Assembly: GCA_951406725.2 (NCBI GenBank)
Contig: OX597815.1
Span: 35,484,001-35,608,000 of the forward strand
Source: Octopus vulgaris
Taxonomy: Eukaryota
DNA: 124,000 nucleotides
Direction of reading: 5' to 3'
Part shown: positions 46,801 to 60,356 of the stretch, piece by piece
Position numbering within the stretch: the stretch's first letter is position 1
How the letters are laid out: the number at the start of each line of letters is the position of its first letter
Notes under the pieces: generated by a model
What the model was told of the DNA's origin: nothing
The model's database searches: none
What the model saw: only the letters and a program-made list of their open reading frames with translations
Made by a program: the position numbers and the translations under genes

Positions 46801-49800
46801 TAGCCTCCGTGCCGGTGGCACGTAAAATGCATCATCCGATTGTGGCCGTTGCCAGCTTCGTCAGGCACATAAAAAGCATCATCCGATCGTGGCCGTTTGC
46901 CAGCCTCGTCTGGCACCTGTGCAGGTGGCACGTAAAAAGCACCCACTACACTCACGGAGTGGTTGGCATTAGGAAGGGCATCCAGCCGTAGAAACACTGC
47001 CAGATCAGACTGGGCCTGGCACAGCCTTCTGGCTTCCCAGACCCCAGTTGAACCGTCCAACCCATGCTAGCATGGAAAACGGATGTTAAACGATGACGAA
47101 TGATTACTCTTACAGTTCAGTGCTTTTTCTGTTGTCAACCTGAACTATTGAAATAAACTAGTTGATGTTCCTTAGTTAAATAGACCCAATGTCTATAGCA
47201 AGATTTAAGCTTATGGCCAGCATCATTATCAACATCTACTTTTCCATGCTTGTATGGGTCAGACGAAATTTGTTGAAGCAGATTTTCAATGGCCAGACAT
47301 GTTTTCCATTGGCAACTGGAAATGAGAATCACTTGTATAATGGTTATATATATATTACAGGCTTCTTTCACTTTCCATCAAATCTGTTCATAAGGCTTTT
47401 GTCAGCCCAAGGTGCCAGACAGTGAGACTAAACCCAAGACTGCATGGTTGGGAGCAAGTTTCTTAACCACACAGCCACACCTGCATCTTAAGCAGTTGTC
47501 ATTACAGCACCAAACTTGTTTATAAGTTCATGTATTCTATCTGCACATAAAACAATGGGAACATCAACAACTGGATCTGAAATGATGACATTACAGATGA
47601 AAGTGTCGTACTTTTTACAGGGGAAGTTTACACACTTAAACAATTACAACTGCAAGTTTTCCCCTCTTAATTGCCACTCTTCTTTTAACTGCTACCAAAA
47701 AGATTATAGTTAGCATCCTAAGTTAGCATAATTCTATGCTAATGAACCAAGAATTCATCTATATCAAGTTGTCACCAAGTGTGACAAATCAGAAGTTTGT
47801 TCAAACTCCAGACTTCAGCCACTCACTGCAGTATAGTATAGGTATTTATTTAAACAATAAATTTGAAGTTTTATCAGGGTCAAACATTGAGCTATGATGT
47901 CATAAATCTAAAACTTTTACACTGACACAATGTGTCTCAATTCAGAAGTTTGTGGGTCAGTAATGAGAATTCTAGATTTATGACATCATAGCTCAATATC
48001 TGACTCCTTTAAAAGTTAAAATTTATTGGCTAAATAAACACCTGTGTTATACTACAGTAAGTGACTGGAGCAAATCAATGATGGAAAAGCTAGCAGTCTA
48101 GTATAAGCAGAATTTAGTGAAACAATTACCATTCTATGTAAAATTCTTTCTGCTGGAGAAATTTGTCTTACAATAAGCAGTTCTTTCATGCCCATGCTAT
48201 ATAGACTGTTAAATTAGGTTCATTATTCTTGATGTTCTCATCGTCATTCAATTTGCATCCTTACATCCTAGTTTTAACACTGGTATGAGTTTAATAGCTC
48301 TCCAATATATCACACTTGATCATGTTCCTTCTGAGATGAAATCTAAATTCTCTTGAGGATTTTTTTCAGACTGTTGATTTCATCATCTTTAGAGCTGAAA
48401 AATATATTACTGTTACAGTTGGAGATAAAAACCAACAAATACGTATTTAAGATATAAAGATTAGAAAATATCTTTCGTCTCTGAAGAAGAGATCAATAAT
48501 CTCCTCATCATCATCATTATCATTCTGAAAAATTATAATCTTATTAACAACTCGACTCAGACGTTTAAACAAATGTCTGAGATGAGTCATTAAGACTATT
48601 AGTATTTTACATACCACCAACTCTTTTTTGAATGAATGTTAATGTGAAATTTCTTGAATTTAAGATTCCACAACATACCGAACTTGCTTGGATTCTTTCT
48701 TGTAACTGTTCTCTGCCACGGTTGAAGCATTTACCACAGTGGAAGGTAAGATTTCTTATATTTCCAAGGTTTTAAGTACAAAAAATAGAAGAAAAATTAG
48801 CATTTTTTATCGATAACTGAGGAAGGGATCTTTGGATTCAAATGTATCAGATTTCTTTGCAATAACGTCTGTTAATTCCTCTTCAGATCTTCCTTCAAGA
48901 GGTTAAATGTAAGTTGATGAAGAAGAGATTAAAACTAAAAGGTATCAACTCTCTCAGTGCGCCCATAGAGGTTCAATGGTTATTTGTTTTTGGAGCTGAG
49001 TGAAATTCCTGCTTTTGGACCGGCTTTCATCATCATTTAATGTCCATTTTCCATGCTGGCATGAGTTGAATATTTTGATAAGAGCTGGTAAGCCAAAGGA
49101 ATGCACCAAGCTCTACTGTTTGCTTTGGCATGGTTTCCATGGTTGGATGCTCTTCCTAATGCCAACCACTTTACCAAGTGCATTGGATGACACCAGCACT
49201 GGCAAGATCACCAAGTAACTTGACAAAGAGCCCTTTCAACAGTGAGGGAGGTAGCCTTGTGCTTGGTCGTGAGAAGCTAAACCATGAAAGGGTCAGAAAC
49301 AACATCTTGCTGTAGAGGAGACACATGGTTACCTTGTTTTTTTTTTTCTTTCTTTCTTTCTTCTCATTGATGAAGGACAGTGTCCATTACATTTGCATCA
49401 TTAACCAGACCAGTGAATTTGGTGTGGTTGATGTTCAGCTGGTTAGTTCTTTTGATTGAAGGCAATAATACAGAAGTTACAAAAAAGACTCAGACAAGGA
49501 AGCATTGCATGAGATATTTAATACAGGAACAATGATAAAAGTTAGAAAGACTGGTACATCAGGTGGGCTCGGCTAAAGTTGGTACACACTTTTTTTGGTC
49601 AGAGGAGCAAGAAACCTTTCTATTAATTATAAAAGACTCATCAATAAAATACAGTACAAGTCAAGTACTGGGGTCAATGTTAACAACTACTATCCCTTCC
49701 CCTCAAAACTGCCAGCTTTGTGTCTAAACCAGAAACAGTAAGAGACCCAAAAGGATATACAAGGATACAAAATATCGCTGAATTTATAGTTGTAACATGT

Positions 49801-52800
49801 TGATGGGGAAGGTTTACTAATTTGATAAATGACCTTTTATTAGTATGTGGTTTAGATCATTGGTGTGTGGCAGCTTTGGGATACCAGAGATGAGAACAGT
49901 TCTCTAATATAGAGTATATGTATGCTTTCAAGAAGTTCAGCAACTGTTTAAACCTGAAGGGATTTGAGTCTCTGAGACAAAAGTCTTATATTTGGATGCA
50001 GTGTTGGCTATGTTAGAAATATGTAGATGTTATTGAAAATTATAAAATTCTATATTTTGCTTATAAAATCAAAAAGCAACACAGTACCCATGATTTTCAA
50101 TAACATTTTTTTCACACTTAGAATTGACAAAGATTGGAATAAATTATTTGCATCAATTATTGACTATCAGGACATTGCATCCTTCAAAAATTCCATGTTT
50201 CCTGAAATTCATCAACACTACTCTTGATGTACCTATGTAACCTTTCCTCTTTATGGCTCTTTTACTGTTAATTTGTCTTGATGATGATGTACTATAAAAC
50301 CACTTCTGACTATCATTGCTATCTTTCTTTACTTATCACTGCTTTTTGTATCATCTTTTACTCTTTTCTAATGAATTGTAGTGTACTTGAGCACTGCATA
50401 CAATAAGCTCATTATTATTATTTTCAGATCTTGTGATTATGTGAAAACTATAGAGATTTTTAGCTGAGTTTATTAACAGTGAAAATATGAATGTTAATGA
50501 TACGTATAGTGACTAGCTTTGTGCTGTTAAATGTTATTAGGTTGTAATGGCTCCTTTGCATATTTTTAGGGGTCTGTCATAAAGTTGTGCAATTGTAGTG
50601 TATTGTATGTAGAATACATATGGATAATGCCTGAGTGTTTGGTTAGCAGTAACATCAGAGAGTTCAATATCGTAAACATGGAAGTGTGTGGTAGGATTAA
50701 TTGAACCCTTAGTTACACCAGAGTTGTGAGAATGTTGGTCAGAGGGAAAAGGCCCTTTTGATATTCTTTGATGGAGCACTGAGAGCAAAATGCTAATCCT
50801 TGAGAAGACTAGTGTTACTACTTCTTCACTTCAGAATTGACAAATGTCGTTTGTATTACAAACCTTGTTTGAGCATTTGCACCACTTTAATCAAATATTT
50901 GGGTCACTCCCAAAGTACCAGTTCTGATCACCAACCTTTATCACAAGAAAATATTACCCACAAAATGTTAGATCCTCTTTATTTTCTTGTAAACTTAACT
51001 CAATTGGATTGTCTTTTTTTCCATGGCACTGCTGAAATGAACAAATGGATATTGAACCACTGACTCCATTCCCTGATACAGCGAAAAAATAGATCAAAAT
51101 ACAAGACCTGTGAATTCCTGAAGTTTCTAAATGATATTCGATTTTCTTTATAAACTGTTGTTATATATTTGTATATTGGTGTTTCAGCTGAAATCTAAAA
51201 ATGAGGAGACAGTTTCTGTTGGATTGTTCAGTTACCCTCTGTTACAAGCTGCAGATATTCTTCTTTATAAGTAAGTGAAAGTATTTCTCTTGTTATTGAT
51301 TAAGTTTAATATCATTTTATATTGGTTCCTCCAGATTAGTTTTGCTTAAACATTGGTATCCTGCACATAAATTCCATGTTAAACGTTCTACCTAAACCTT
51401 TCTTCTTGTGTCACAAAAATCTCTCCTATTCCTGTTTTCCAAAGAGTGTTAATCTACAACTACTCAAATTAGACTCTAATTATACAAATTATCCAAACTC
51501 TAGTTCATAAAGGATCTACTTTTTCTTTCACTAAACACCTCCTTATATACACAAAATGTGTAGAGTATTAGTCAGGTTCTTTGTGTTTTGTTGTTTGTTT
51601 TTTTTTATAATTTAAGGGTAGGTCCTCCTAGGCTGATAAGATTTATGTGACTGATGGCCAGTCTGAACAGCTGCCAGGAAAATATGGGTAGAAGAGAAGT
51701 AATAGTCAATTCTGAATGCTTTTAACAGACAGAACTCTACTAAAGGCACCCCAAAACAAGATGGTGAAAAGAAAAAAAAAAAATCAATGTCTGCTGTTGG
51801 ATTGGAAATTGTCATTTGAAGTTTTTAGTTAGTTGGTTAATATCTTATACTGTCAATGTGTCTAACCAAACAGCTGGTTCTTTAAATATTTCCCTCTTCA
51901 ATGATATTAAGGCAAGACAGTGAGAGAACTGCAAACTATAGTTTCAATCTAACAACACCACCAACACCTTTCCAGAAACCTTTCCTTCTTTCTTGAAGCA
52001 TGACCTTCGAACTTTAGGTCTCACCGAGGAATTGACTAGAGACCGAGACCTTTGGAAGTATGCTGTGTGTAAGAAGACCCGGCAGGACAAGTAAGGCCAT
52101 AACCCGTGGCCTCAGTCCACTTTATGCATACCTTTCCTTCTTGGGACGCAAAACTCTACTTGTGAAGACCTGTTGAGGCAAGTGAAAAACAAAATCAAAA
52201 TCAAAATCGATCAACATCAATGGAAATCGTAGCTGTGATACCAGTGCCGGTGGCACATAAGAGAACCATCCGAACGTGGCCATTGCCAGCACTGCCCCGA
52301 CTGCCTCCGTGCCAGTGGCACGTAAAAAGCACCATCCAATCGTGGCCATTGCCAGCTTCGCCTGGCCTCCATGCTGGTGGCACATAAAAAGCACCATCCG
52401 ATCGTGGCCGTTTGCCAGCCTCGTCTGGCACGTAAAAAGCACCCACTACACTCATGGAGTGATTGGCATTAGGAAGGGCATCCAGCCGTAGAAACATTGA
52501 CAGATCAGACTGGGCCTGGTGCAGCCTTCTGGCTTCCCAGACCCCAGTTGAACCGTCCAACCCATGCCAGCATAGAAAGCGGACGCTAAACGATGATGAT
52601 GACAACATCACCTCACCATTGAAAAGAACTGTACCATTGCCTAGGCAATGTCATCACTCTGTCACCAAACCAAACTGATGTTCTACATCTTCCTATGTAG
52701 CTACAAAACTCTTTACATTCTCTAAAACAAGGACTATTAATAGAAATCTCTAAATCTTCCACAGTAATGCCTGGGGTAGGCAGAGCTAAACAAATACAAA

Positions 52801-54763
52801 ATAAATCTAATTTACTATGTTTTTCATTGGTGTGCTTCACTAAAGCTGAGTGAAGCTGCTCAAACAATAGTATTATTAAAAATCTTAGCAGCTGAATGTT
52901 TAAATTTTGCTACTTCATGTCTTACCTCCCTAATTTTCAGATCCCAACTGGTTCCTGTTGGAGAAGATCAAGTAAAACACATTGAACTAGCCAGAGATCT
53001 TGTTAAACAATTCAATCGTAAATATGGCAATATTTTTGTGAAACCAAATATTCTTACAGGTAACTTGAAGAATTTATTTATATTTTCTATGTTTTTCATA
53101 CTATTGTATTATAAAATTGTCATATATTTACCAGTTTTCCTCACAAAATGATCAGCTCTTATGTTAATCACTCAGTACTTTATCTCAGTAACAATAGCTT
53201 AACCTTACCTGACTTCATGGATGGATTTGAACCCTGCACCACGAGCTTACAAGATATTCCTCAATTATACATTGTCCTCAATGTTTACAAATAACAAGCT
53301 CTAGCTCTGCATGGTCACTATTTACAGGTAACAAAATAGAATGATTCTATTGAAATTATTACTTCTTTCATCTATTTAACAATAGATTTTACCAGGTCAG
53401 ATACTGAAATTGTTTCAACCTTAATGCTGGTACTATGCTGAGAAATAATACCCACAACTGTCTTATGTTTGACCTACAAGTAAATATGTAATCATACCAA
53501 TATCATAGAAGTGTGAAGACTATCAAGAAGTGGTAACTGGCTGTAAAATAACTTGTTCCAACAATTTTTGCAAAAAGAGCTTTCAACCATGACCATTAAC
53601 ATTTTATTTCTTGCACAGATATGGTCTGCATAGGCTAGCAATACTTTCTTTCATCTCTGTGAGGTCCAATATCTTCAGTTCAGTGCACAAGTTCTACCAC
53701 CAACTCAAGGCACTCTTTCCATTGTCATCCGTTCATTTTTATATGTCCAAACCAAAATATAAATGTCTTTTACATAAATAAAAATAAAAATCGAATGGAA
53801 ATTGTAGTTATGATACACATGCAAGTGGCACGTAAAAAGCACCATCCGAACGTGGCGGATGCCAGCGCCGCCTGACTGGCATTCGTGTTGGTGACATGTA
53901 AAAAGCACCAACTGATCATGGCCATTTGCCAGCCTCCTGTGGCCCCCGTACTTGTGGCACATAAAAAGCACCCCCTACACTCATGGAGTGGTTGGCACTA
54001 AGAAGGGCATCCAGCTGTAGAAACACTGTCAGATCAGACTGGAGTCTGGCGCAGCCTCCTGACTTCCCAGACCCTGGTCAAACCGTCCAACCCATGCTAG
54101 CATGGAAAACGGACGTTAAATGATGATGATGAGTTTCATACCAAGTCACTTCCTTTCACTTACAACCCAACCTTTCTTCTATATATCCCAGCAGTTTATA
54201 GTGAACTCATAACTTCCCCATCACTATAGATCTTCTGTATTTGTCTTTTTATAGCCTGAGAGTATTTTTGATAACTTACTCTTTGCTTTTTTTATTTTTT
54301 TATTTTAGGCGAGTTGCCCAAAGTGCTGAGTTTGCAAAATCCTGAAGATAAAATGAGTAAATCAGACAATAATAAACTAAGCCGGATTGACTTAACAGAC
54401 AGTGCTGATGAAATATTTTTAAAAATAAAAAAAGCTCGAACAGACTCTACTTCAGCAGTCACATATGACCCTGCCAACCGACCAGGAGTCTCTAATTTAA
54501 TTAGTATCCATAGCAACTTGACTGACCTCACACCTGAACAGCTATGTAAAGAATACACACATTTAGACACAGGACAATATAAAAAGGTAGTGGCTGAAGC
54601 TATTACTGAAACAGTAACACCTATCAGTTCACGCATAAAAGAATTAAAAGCTAATAAAGATTATCTTATTCAGGTTTTAGAAACTGGTAAAGAAAAAGCC
54701 ACAAACATTTCAGAAAACACAATGAAGACTGTAAAAGAGGTATTAGGCTTCACTTTACATTAA
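40672..54763 (+). CDS. WARS2: mitochondrial tryptophanyl-tRNA synthetase, 7 exons, 384 aa
   Basis: Exons 40672-40815, 43417-43607, 46415-46496, 48665-48745, 51188-51270, 52941-53059, 54309-54763. All GT-AG, phases consistent (1155 nt). HLGN (HIGH) and KMSKS motifs, [16 protein letters not shown]; basic N-terminal presequence lacking acidic residues. Confidence 0.96.
41757..42990 (-). mobile_element. RTE LINE fragment (RT to 3' end) in WARS2 intron 1
   Basis: [28 protein letters not shown] and [10 protein letters not shown] peptides; (GAT)n-type tail. Confidence 0.9.
43417..43607 (+). CDS. WARS2: WARS2 exon 2
   Basis: [26 protein letters not shown]...VDLHTIT. Confidence 0.97.
43773..43982. 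mobile_element. piggyBac-like MITE
   Basis: TTAA on both sides (43769-43772, 43983-43986); termini ccctttcgttac / gtaacaaaaggg. Confidence 0.7.
44807..45039 (+). mobile_element. full-length SINE family A with target-site duplication
   Basis: TSD gataatggtagcagtg at 44791-44806 and 45040-45055. Confidence 0.9.
45463..46148. repeat. about 358-bp tandem duplication containing an about 280-bp imperfect palindrome, inverted in copy 2
   Basis: Flank repeated at 45463 and 45821; loops ttgaaaacata and tatgttttcaa are reverse complements. Confidence 0.9.
46415..46496 (+). CDS. WARS2: WARS2 exon 3
   Basis: [27 protein letters not shown]. Confidence 0.97.
46741..47100 (+). mobile_element. RTE LINE 3' UTR fragment
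   Basis: ggaagggcatccagc...gttaaacgatga tail family. Confidence 0.85.
48665..48745 (+). CDS. WARS2: WARS2 exon 4
   Basis: [27 protein letters not shown]. Confidence 0.97.
51188..51270 (+). CDS. WARS2: WARS2 exon 5
   Basis: [18 protein letters not shown]. Confidence 0.97.
51995..52610 (+). mobile_element. RTE LINE 3' fragment
   Basis: ORF end, sub-repeated 3' UTR and (GAT)n tail. Confidence 0.85.
52941..53059 (+). CDS. WARS2: WARS2 exon 6
   Basis: [26 protein letters not shown]. Confidence 0.97.
53700..54131 (+). mobile_element. RTE LINE 3' fragment
   Basis: Same tail family. Confidence 0.8.
54309..54763 (+). CDS. WARS2: WARS2 exon 7 (terminal)
   Basis: [16 protein letters not shown]...[12 protein letters not shown]...VLGFTLH*. 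Confidence 0.97.
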
Positions 54764-54832
54764 TTGAAATCATAAAATACCGTAAAATACATTTTTTAAA
54801 AACTTGTTTCAAGTTGTTCAATTTCTTTGTTA

Positions 54833-55560
54833 AGAAGCATCAGATGTGGTGTGCAAGAGAGACGACTGCGCTGATATGGTCATGTGTTGCATATGGATGT
54901 GAAAAAGTGTCACACCCTATCAGTAGAGGGAACCTGTGGAAGAGGTAGACCCAGGAAGACTTGGGATGAGGTAGTGAAGCACAACCTTCAAACATTGGGC
55001 TTCACTGAGGCAATGACAAGCAACCAAGACCTTTGGAGATATGGTGTGCTTGAGAAGACCCAGCAAGTCAAGTGAGACCATAATTGGCCTATGCCAGTGT
55101 AGCATAACTGGCCCTTCAATCATTGAGCAATAAACTGTGCTTGAGAAGACCTGTTGAGTCAAGTAAAATCATTATTGTGGCCAGTGGCAATAAACAGCAC
55201 CATTCGAGTGAGGTCATTGCCAATGCCACCTGACCGGCTCCAGTGCTGATGGCACGTAAAAAGCATTCAAGTGTGGTCATTGCCAGTGCCACCTGACTGA
55301 TTCCCATGCTGGTGGTACGCAAAAAGCACCACTCGAGCGTGATTGAAGCCAGTACTACATGACTGGCCCTCATGCTGGTGGCATGTAAAAAGCACCCTCT
55401 ACACTCTGAGTGGTAGGCATTAGGAAGGGCTTCCAGCTGTAAAAACCTTGCCAGATCAGATTGGAGCCTGGTACAACCTTCTAGCTTGCCAGTCCTTAGT
55501 CAAACCGTCCAACTCATGCCAGTATGGAAAGCAGATGTTAAACAATGATGGTGATGATTT
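54833..55560 (+). mobile_element. RTE LINE 3' fragment starting about 70 nt after the WARS2 stop codon
   Basis: [20 protein letters not shown]-terminal peptide plus 3' UTR. Confidence 0.85.
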
Positions 55561-55989
55561 TCTGAAACTTGTACCTTTAATTATTAATCTAACCACTGGT
55601 AATGATAGTAGCACTAGTATTGCTGATACTATATAAAATGTGTCTACTAACCATAATCTGCATCCCAGAATGGTGTATATGACCTTGGTAATGACACTTA
55701 ACTCTCAATTACCCTGTTCTGAAATAGGTACTCTAGGGAGACAGTTTACAACTGTATGCAGAGTAAGCTACTGTAATTGGTAAGTATTTCATCAACTTGA
55801 AAAGCTAAGTTCAAATACTACCATAAAATGAGAAAAGCATCTGCTGCTTTGGACTGGAATTTCTATCCAAGCAAGGAGATATGTCAACTGCTCAAGCACC
55901 ATTACGCAACATCCATATTGTAAGACACCTTTCAAAGGCAAATGAGCTACAATCTCAAGTAAAAAATAAAAACCTTGAAACAATCAAAA

Positions 55990-56840
55990 GTACGCTAAAA
56001 CAATGAGATTTTTTTCCCTATAGTTTAAATATCAGGTCATCCCATAAATAATGTCTGAATTTTGGTAAGGAAAAAGTGATTTAATTCCATTGGTGAAAAA
56101 CTTCTTTGGTTTTGATGAGAGAAAAGAAAGAGAGGTCAGTTTTAACCTGTTTGGGGCTTTTGAGAGCTAATCCATCTAAATGATCTTGCTTTATCATAAA
56201 ACATAACTCCCTTATGATTTGCCAAAACCAGCCTTTTTTACTTCAAAGCAACATCCAAACACTCTGTTGGCAAAAGGTGTGAGCAATAATAGTTGCATTA
56301 GCTGGTAGCTGCTCAAAGTGGATGACTCCAATGCAATTCCACCAAATAGAAAGAACCATTTTTGCATGGAGGCCCTTTTGGGATTGTGGTTTAGGTTGTT
56401 CTCCACACCTAAGCTACTGTTTGCATCACTTAACATTTTCATAAAAAATCCATTTTTCATTATCAGTCACTAATTTGTCCAAAAATGGTGAGATACATTC
56501 TTGGTTGGCTTCTGTCAAATAATGAACAACCCATTTTCCAAGCTGTTGAAGATGGCAGTGAACAGTTGAATGGCTTGAATTGAGCTTGCTTGCCAATTCT
56601 TCAACTGATACAGCATTATCCATTTCAAGCTGTGATAAAAGCTCATCATCAAATTCAACTGGGGACCCTATTCATGGCCTCTCTCTTAGGTTGAAATCAC
56701 CATTTTTGAACTTTGGAAATCATTTTCTGCAACTTATTTTGTTCAAGCACTCTTCCTATAAACAGAATGGATATTTCAGGTTGCTTCTGCTGCACAGTTT
56801 CCCTTTTTAAACTCATGAATACTCCTTCAATACATCCATC
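55990..56840 (-). mobile_element. decayed mariner transposase remnant
   Basis: EELASKLNSSHSTVHCHLQQLGK (HTH) and LVTDNEKWIFYENVK (TGDEKW-like). Confidence 0.75.
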
Positions 56841-56984
56841 TTTGAGGGGTTAATATTAGTAATTAATTCAATTTCATTATTCTGTAAAAAGAAATTATAA
56901 TAAGTTTAAGGTTTCCAAATTCACATGAGTATATATCATTTGACATTTTAGAATACTGAAAAATTTGATAGAAAGTACATATAT

Positions 56985-57750
56985 TTCTGATGTGTTGCGA
57001 ATGAATGAGGACAGCTATGTGAAAAAGTGTCACACACTAGCAGTTGAGGGAACCTGTGGAAGAAGTAGACCCAGGAAAACCTGAGATGAGGTGAAGCACA
57101 ACCATCGAAAATTGGGCCTTACCAAAGCAATGACAAGTGACTGAGACCTTTGGAGATATGCTGTGCTTGAGAAGGCCCAACAAGCCAAGTGAGCCCATGG
57201 CCTATACCAGTGGGTGTAACCAGCCCTCTTATGAGTACCCCTCATTTATTGGACAATAAAATTTGCTTGCAAAGACCTACTGAGGCAAGTGAAGTCAAAA
57301 TCGCTGACATGGCCAATAACAGTACCGCCTGATTGGCACTTGTGGCAGTGGAACATTAAAAACATATCTAAGCGAGATTGTTGCCGGTGGCATGTAAAAA
57401 GCACCATTCAAGCATGATCGTTGCCAGCATAGTCTTACTGGCATGTGAAATACAACATTCAAGCGTGGTCATTGCCAGTGCCGCCGGACTGGCTCCCATT
57501 CAGGTAGCACATAAAAAACACCTTTTGAACGTGGTCATTGTCAGAACTGCCTGACTGGCCCTCTTGCTGGGGGGCACATAAAAGCACCCACTACACTCTC
57601 GGAGTGGTTGGCATTAGGAAGGGCATCGAGCTGTAGAAACTTTGCCAGATCAGATTGAGCCTGGTGCAGCCTTCTGGCTCACCAGCCCTCAGTCAAACCG
57701 TCCAACCTATGCCAGCATGGAAAGAGGACGTTAAACAACGATGATGATGA
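56985..57750 (+). mobile_element. RTE LINE 3' fragment
   Basis: Same family. Confidence 0.85.
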
Positions 57751-58699
57751 TTATTTATAGGATGACTTCATAATAACCATGAATATCAATTTGGACAATC
57801 AACTCAATTATCACAAGAATGATAGTTGTTCCTTCTCGAGCCACGCCTGGCTCATAGGGCCAGTTTCCTTGGCGTATAGGTTCCCCATCTGGACGGGACG
57901 CCAGTCCATCGCAGGTGAGCTGCAAGATGCAGGCGGAAAGAGTCAGCAGAAGTTCACCATTACCTTCTGCTGGAGCCACGTGGAGCTTAGGTGTTTCACT
58001 CATAAACATACACATCGCCCAGTCTGTGTTTCACTAATTAAATTTACAGGGACAATAAACACATCCTGAAAACCATGGTTCAGTCACATCTGAAAATCAC
58101 ACTCAGCCAAAGTGTTTGGTTTTGTGGAATAGCTGGACATGCAGCTATTCATATGGGTTGGAAATAACAGAAATAGGCAATGTGGTATTATAAGATGTAA
58201 GGTAACTTAAGTGTTCTTAGACTTTATCATAAGGAGATGGCATCCCAACACAAAGTGTCACCCAAGAATAAAAATTGATGCTAATCTTTTAATATTTTAC
58301 TGTGAAATGTTTACCTGGATCAGATAGGAAAGATTATATTACTGATGTATTTTGGGAGGATTTATATTATGTGACAAAAAACTAGTTTTCACTTGATGGT
58401 TGAGTGGTCGGTGTTCAGAAACCATTTGTAAAAATTTACTCAACTTTCATTTATTATCAATCTTTGTAATCTTTATTATGTGATAGCCAAGTCATTGAAG
58501 TATTAGACAATTTTTTGTGGTATTTAGTAATAGCCCTTTATATTCTAAGTTCAAATCCTGCCACTTTACCATTCATCCTTTTGGAGTTGATAAAATAAAA
58601 TATCAGTCAAGTGAGTGCAAGAGTCAATTTCATCAACCCCTAATCCACCAAAATGGTGGTCTTCTGCATATCTAAGAAACAGTTGACAGCCTAGTTCCC

Positions 58700-60356
58700 A
58701 CTGCAGTACCTGTTAAGGAGCTAAAGAAAAAGGTTTATACCTAGTATAGTCAAGAGTTCAATATTGCAAAAACTAAAGTCGTAGTTAGTAACAGAGAGCA
58801 GAAGATGTCATTGTCATCTGGGAAGTGACCTTGCTTAATATGAAGGAAAAGATTTGGTAGAGAGTCAAATCTGTGTACCTACTGCAAATACACATAAAAG
58901 ATGAAATGGGATTTCTTGGTAGTGAGCACACCCATGAAACAAAATATACGAATTACTCAGATGGCTCACTAGATGGAGATGATAGATTTTAATACCTAAT
59001 CAAACTATGAAGCTTACGCAACAAGTGTACTGCTGCTCATAAAACATGGACATTAGATCTGCAAAAACAGGCGTGTATGGTTCAGTGAATAGCACAAATG
59101 AGCTGAGTGAGCAGACTCATATTGAACAGTATTTATTAATATATGCAAGATGATTTTGAACATCTAGAAGTGGTTGATAACTTCCGTTACCTAGGTGACC
59201 AAGTCAGTAGCGGAGGAGGGTGCGCTGAAAGTGTAGCTGCTAGAATAAGAATAGCTTGGGCAAAGTTCAGAGAGCTCTTACCTCTGCTGGTGACAAAGGG
59301 CCTCTTGCTCAGAGTAAAAGGTAGACTGTATGACGCTTGTGTACGAGCAGCCATGCTACACGGCAATGAAACATGGGCTGTGATTGCTGAGGACAAGCGT
59401 AAGCTCGCAAGGAATGAAGCCAGTGGATGTGTAATGTCAGTGTGCATACTTGAGAGAAAAGTTGGACCTAAGAAGCATTAGATGTGGTGTGCAAGAGAAA
59501 CGACTGCGCTGGTATGGTCATGTGGTAAGAATGGATGAGCATAGCTGTGTGAAAAAGTGCCACACCCTAGCGGTTGAGGGAACCTGTGGAAGAGGTAGAC
59601 CCAGGATGAAGTGGTGAAGCATGACCTTCAAACATTAGGCCTCACCAAGGAAATGACTAGCGATTGAGACTTTTGGAAATATGCTGTACTTGAGAAGACC
59701 CGGCAAGCCAAATGAGATCATAACCTGTGGCCTATACCAGGAGTGTAACCAGCCCACTTATGCGTACCTTTTCCTTCTTTGGTCACTAAACTCTGCTTGC
59801 GAAGACCTGTTGAGGCAAGTGAAATCAAAATCAATTCGATGACTGGCATCCGTGCTAGCGGGGTGCAAAGAGCACCATACGAGTGTGATCATTGACAGAG
59901 CGGCTAACCGGCTTCCGTGCCAGTGGCACATAAAAGGGCACCATTCAAGTATGATCGTTACCAGCGTTGCCTTACTGGCACTTGTGCCAGTAGGGTGCCA
60001 AGAGCACCATCTGAGCATGATCATTGCCAGAGCAGCCAACTGGCTTCCATACCCGTGGCACGTAAAAGGGCACCATTCGAGCGTGATCATTACCAACATC
60101 AGTTCACTGGCACGTGTAAAAAGATTCAAGCGAGGTCATTGTTAGTACCGCCTGACTGGCCCCCATGCCGGTAGCACGTAAAAAGCACCCACAACACTCT
60201 CGGAGTGGTTGGTGTTAAGAAGCGCATCCAGGTGTAGAAATTCTGCCAGATCAAGATTGGAGCCTGGTGCAGCCATCTGGTTCGCCAGCCCTCAATCAAA
60301 ATCGTCCAACCCATGCTAGCATGGAAAGCAGACGTTAAACGATGATGATGATGATG
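58700..60356 (+). mobile_element. RTE LINE fragment (post-RT to tail)
   Basis: [38 protein letters not shown]; (GAT)n tail. Confidence 0.9.

Noticed and set aside
52122-60314. Numerous 60-140 aa ORFs with WHVKSTI/CHWHG-type peptides
   Set aside because: Translations of the sub-repeated RTE 3' UTR, not genes
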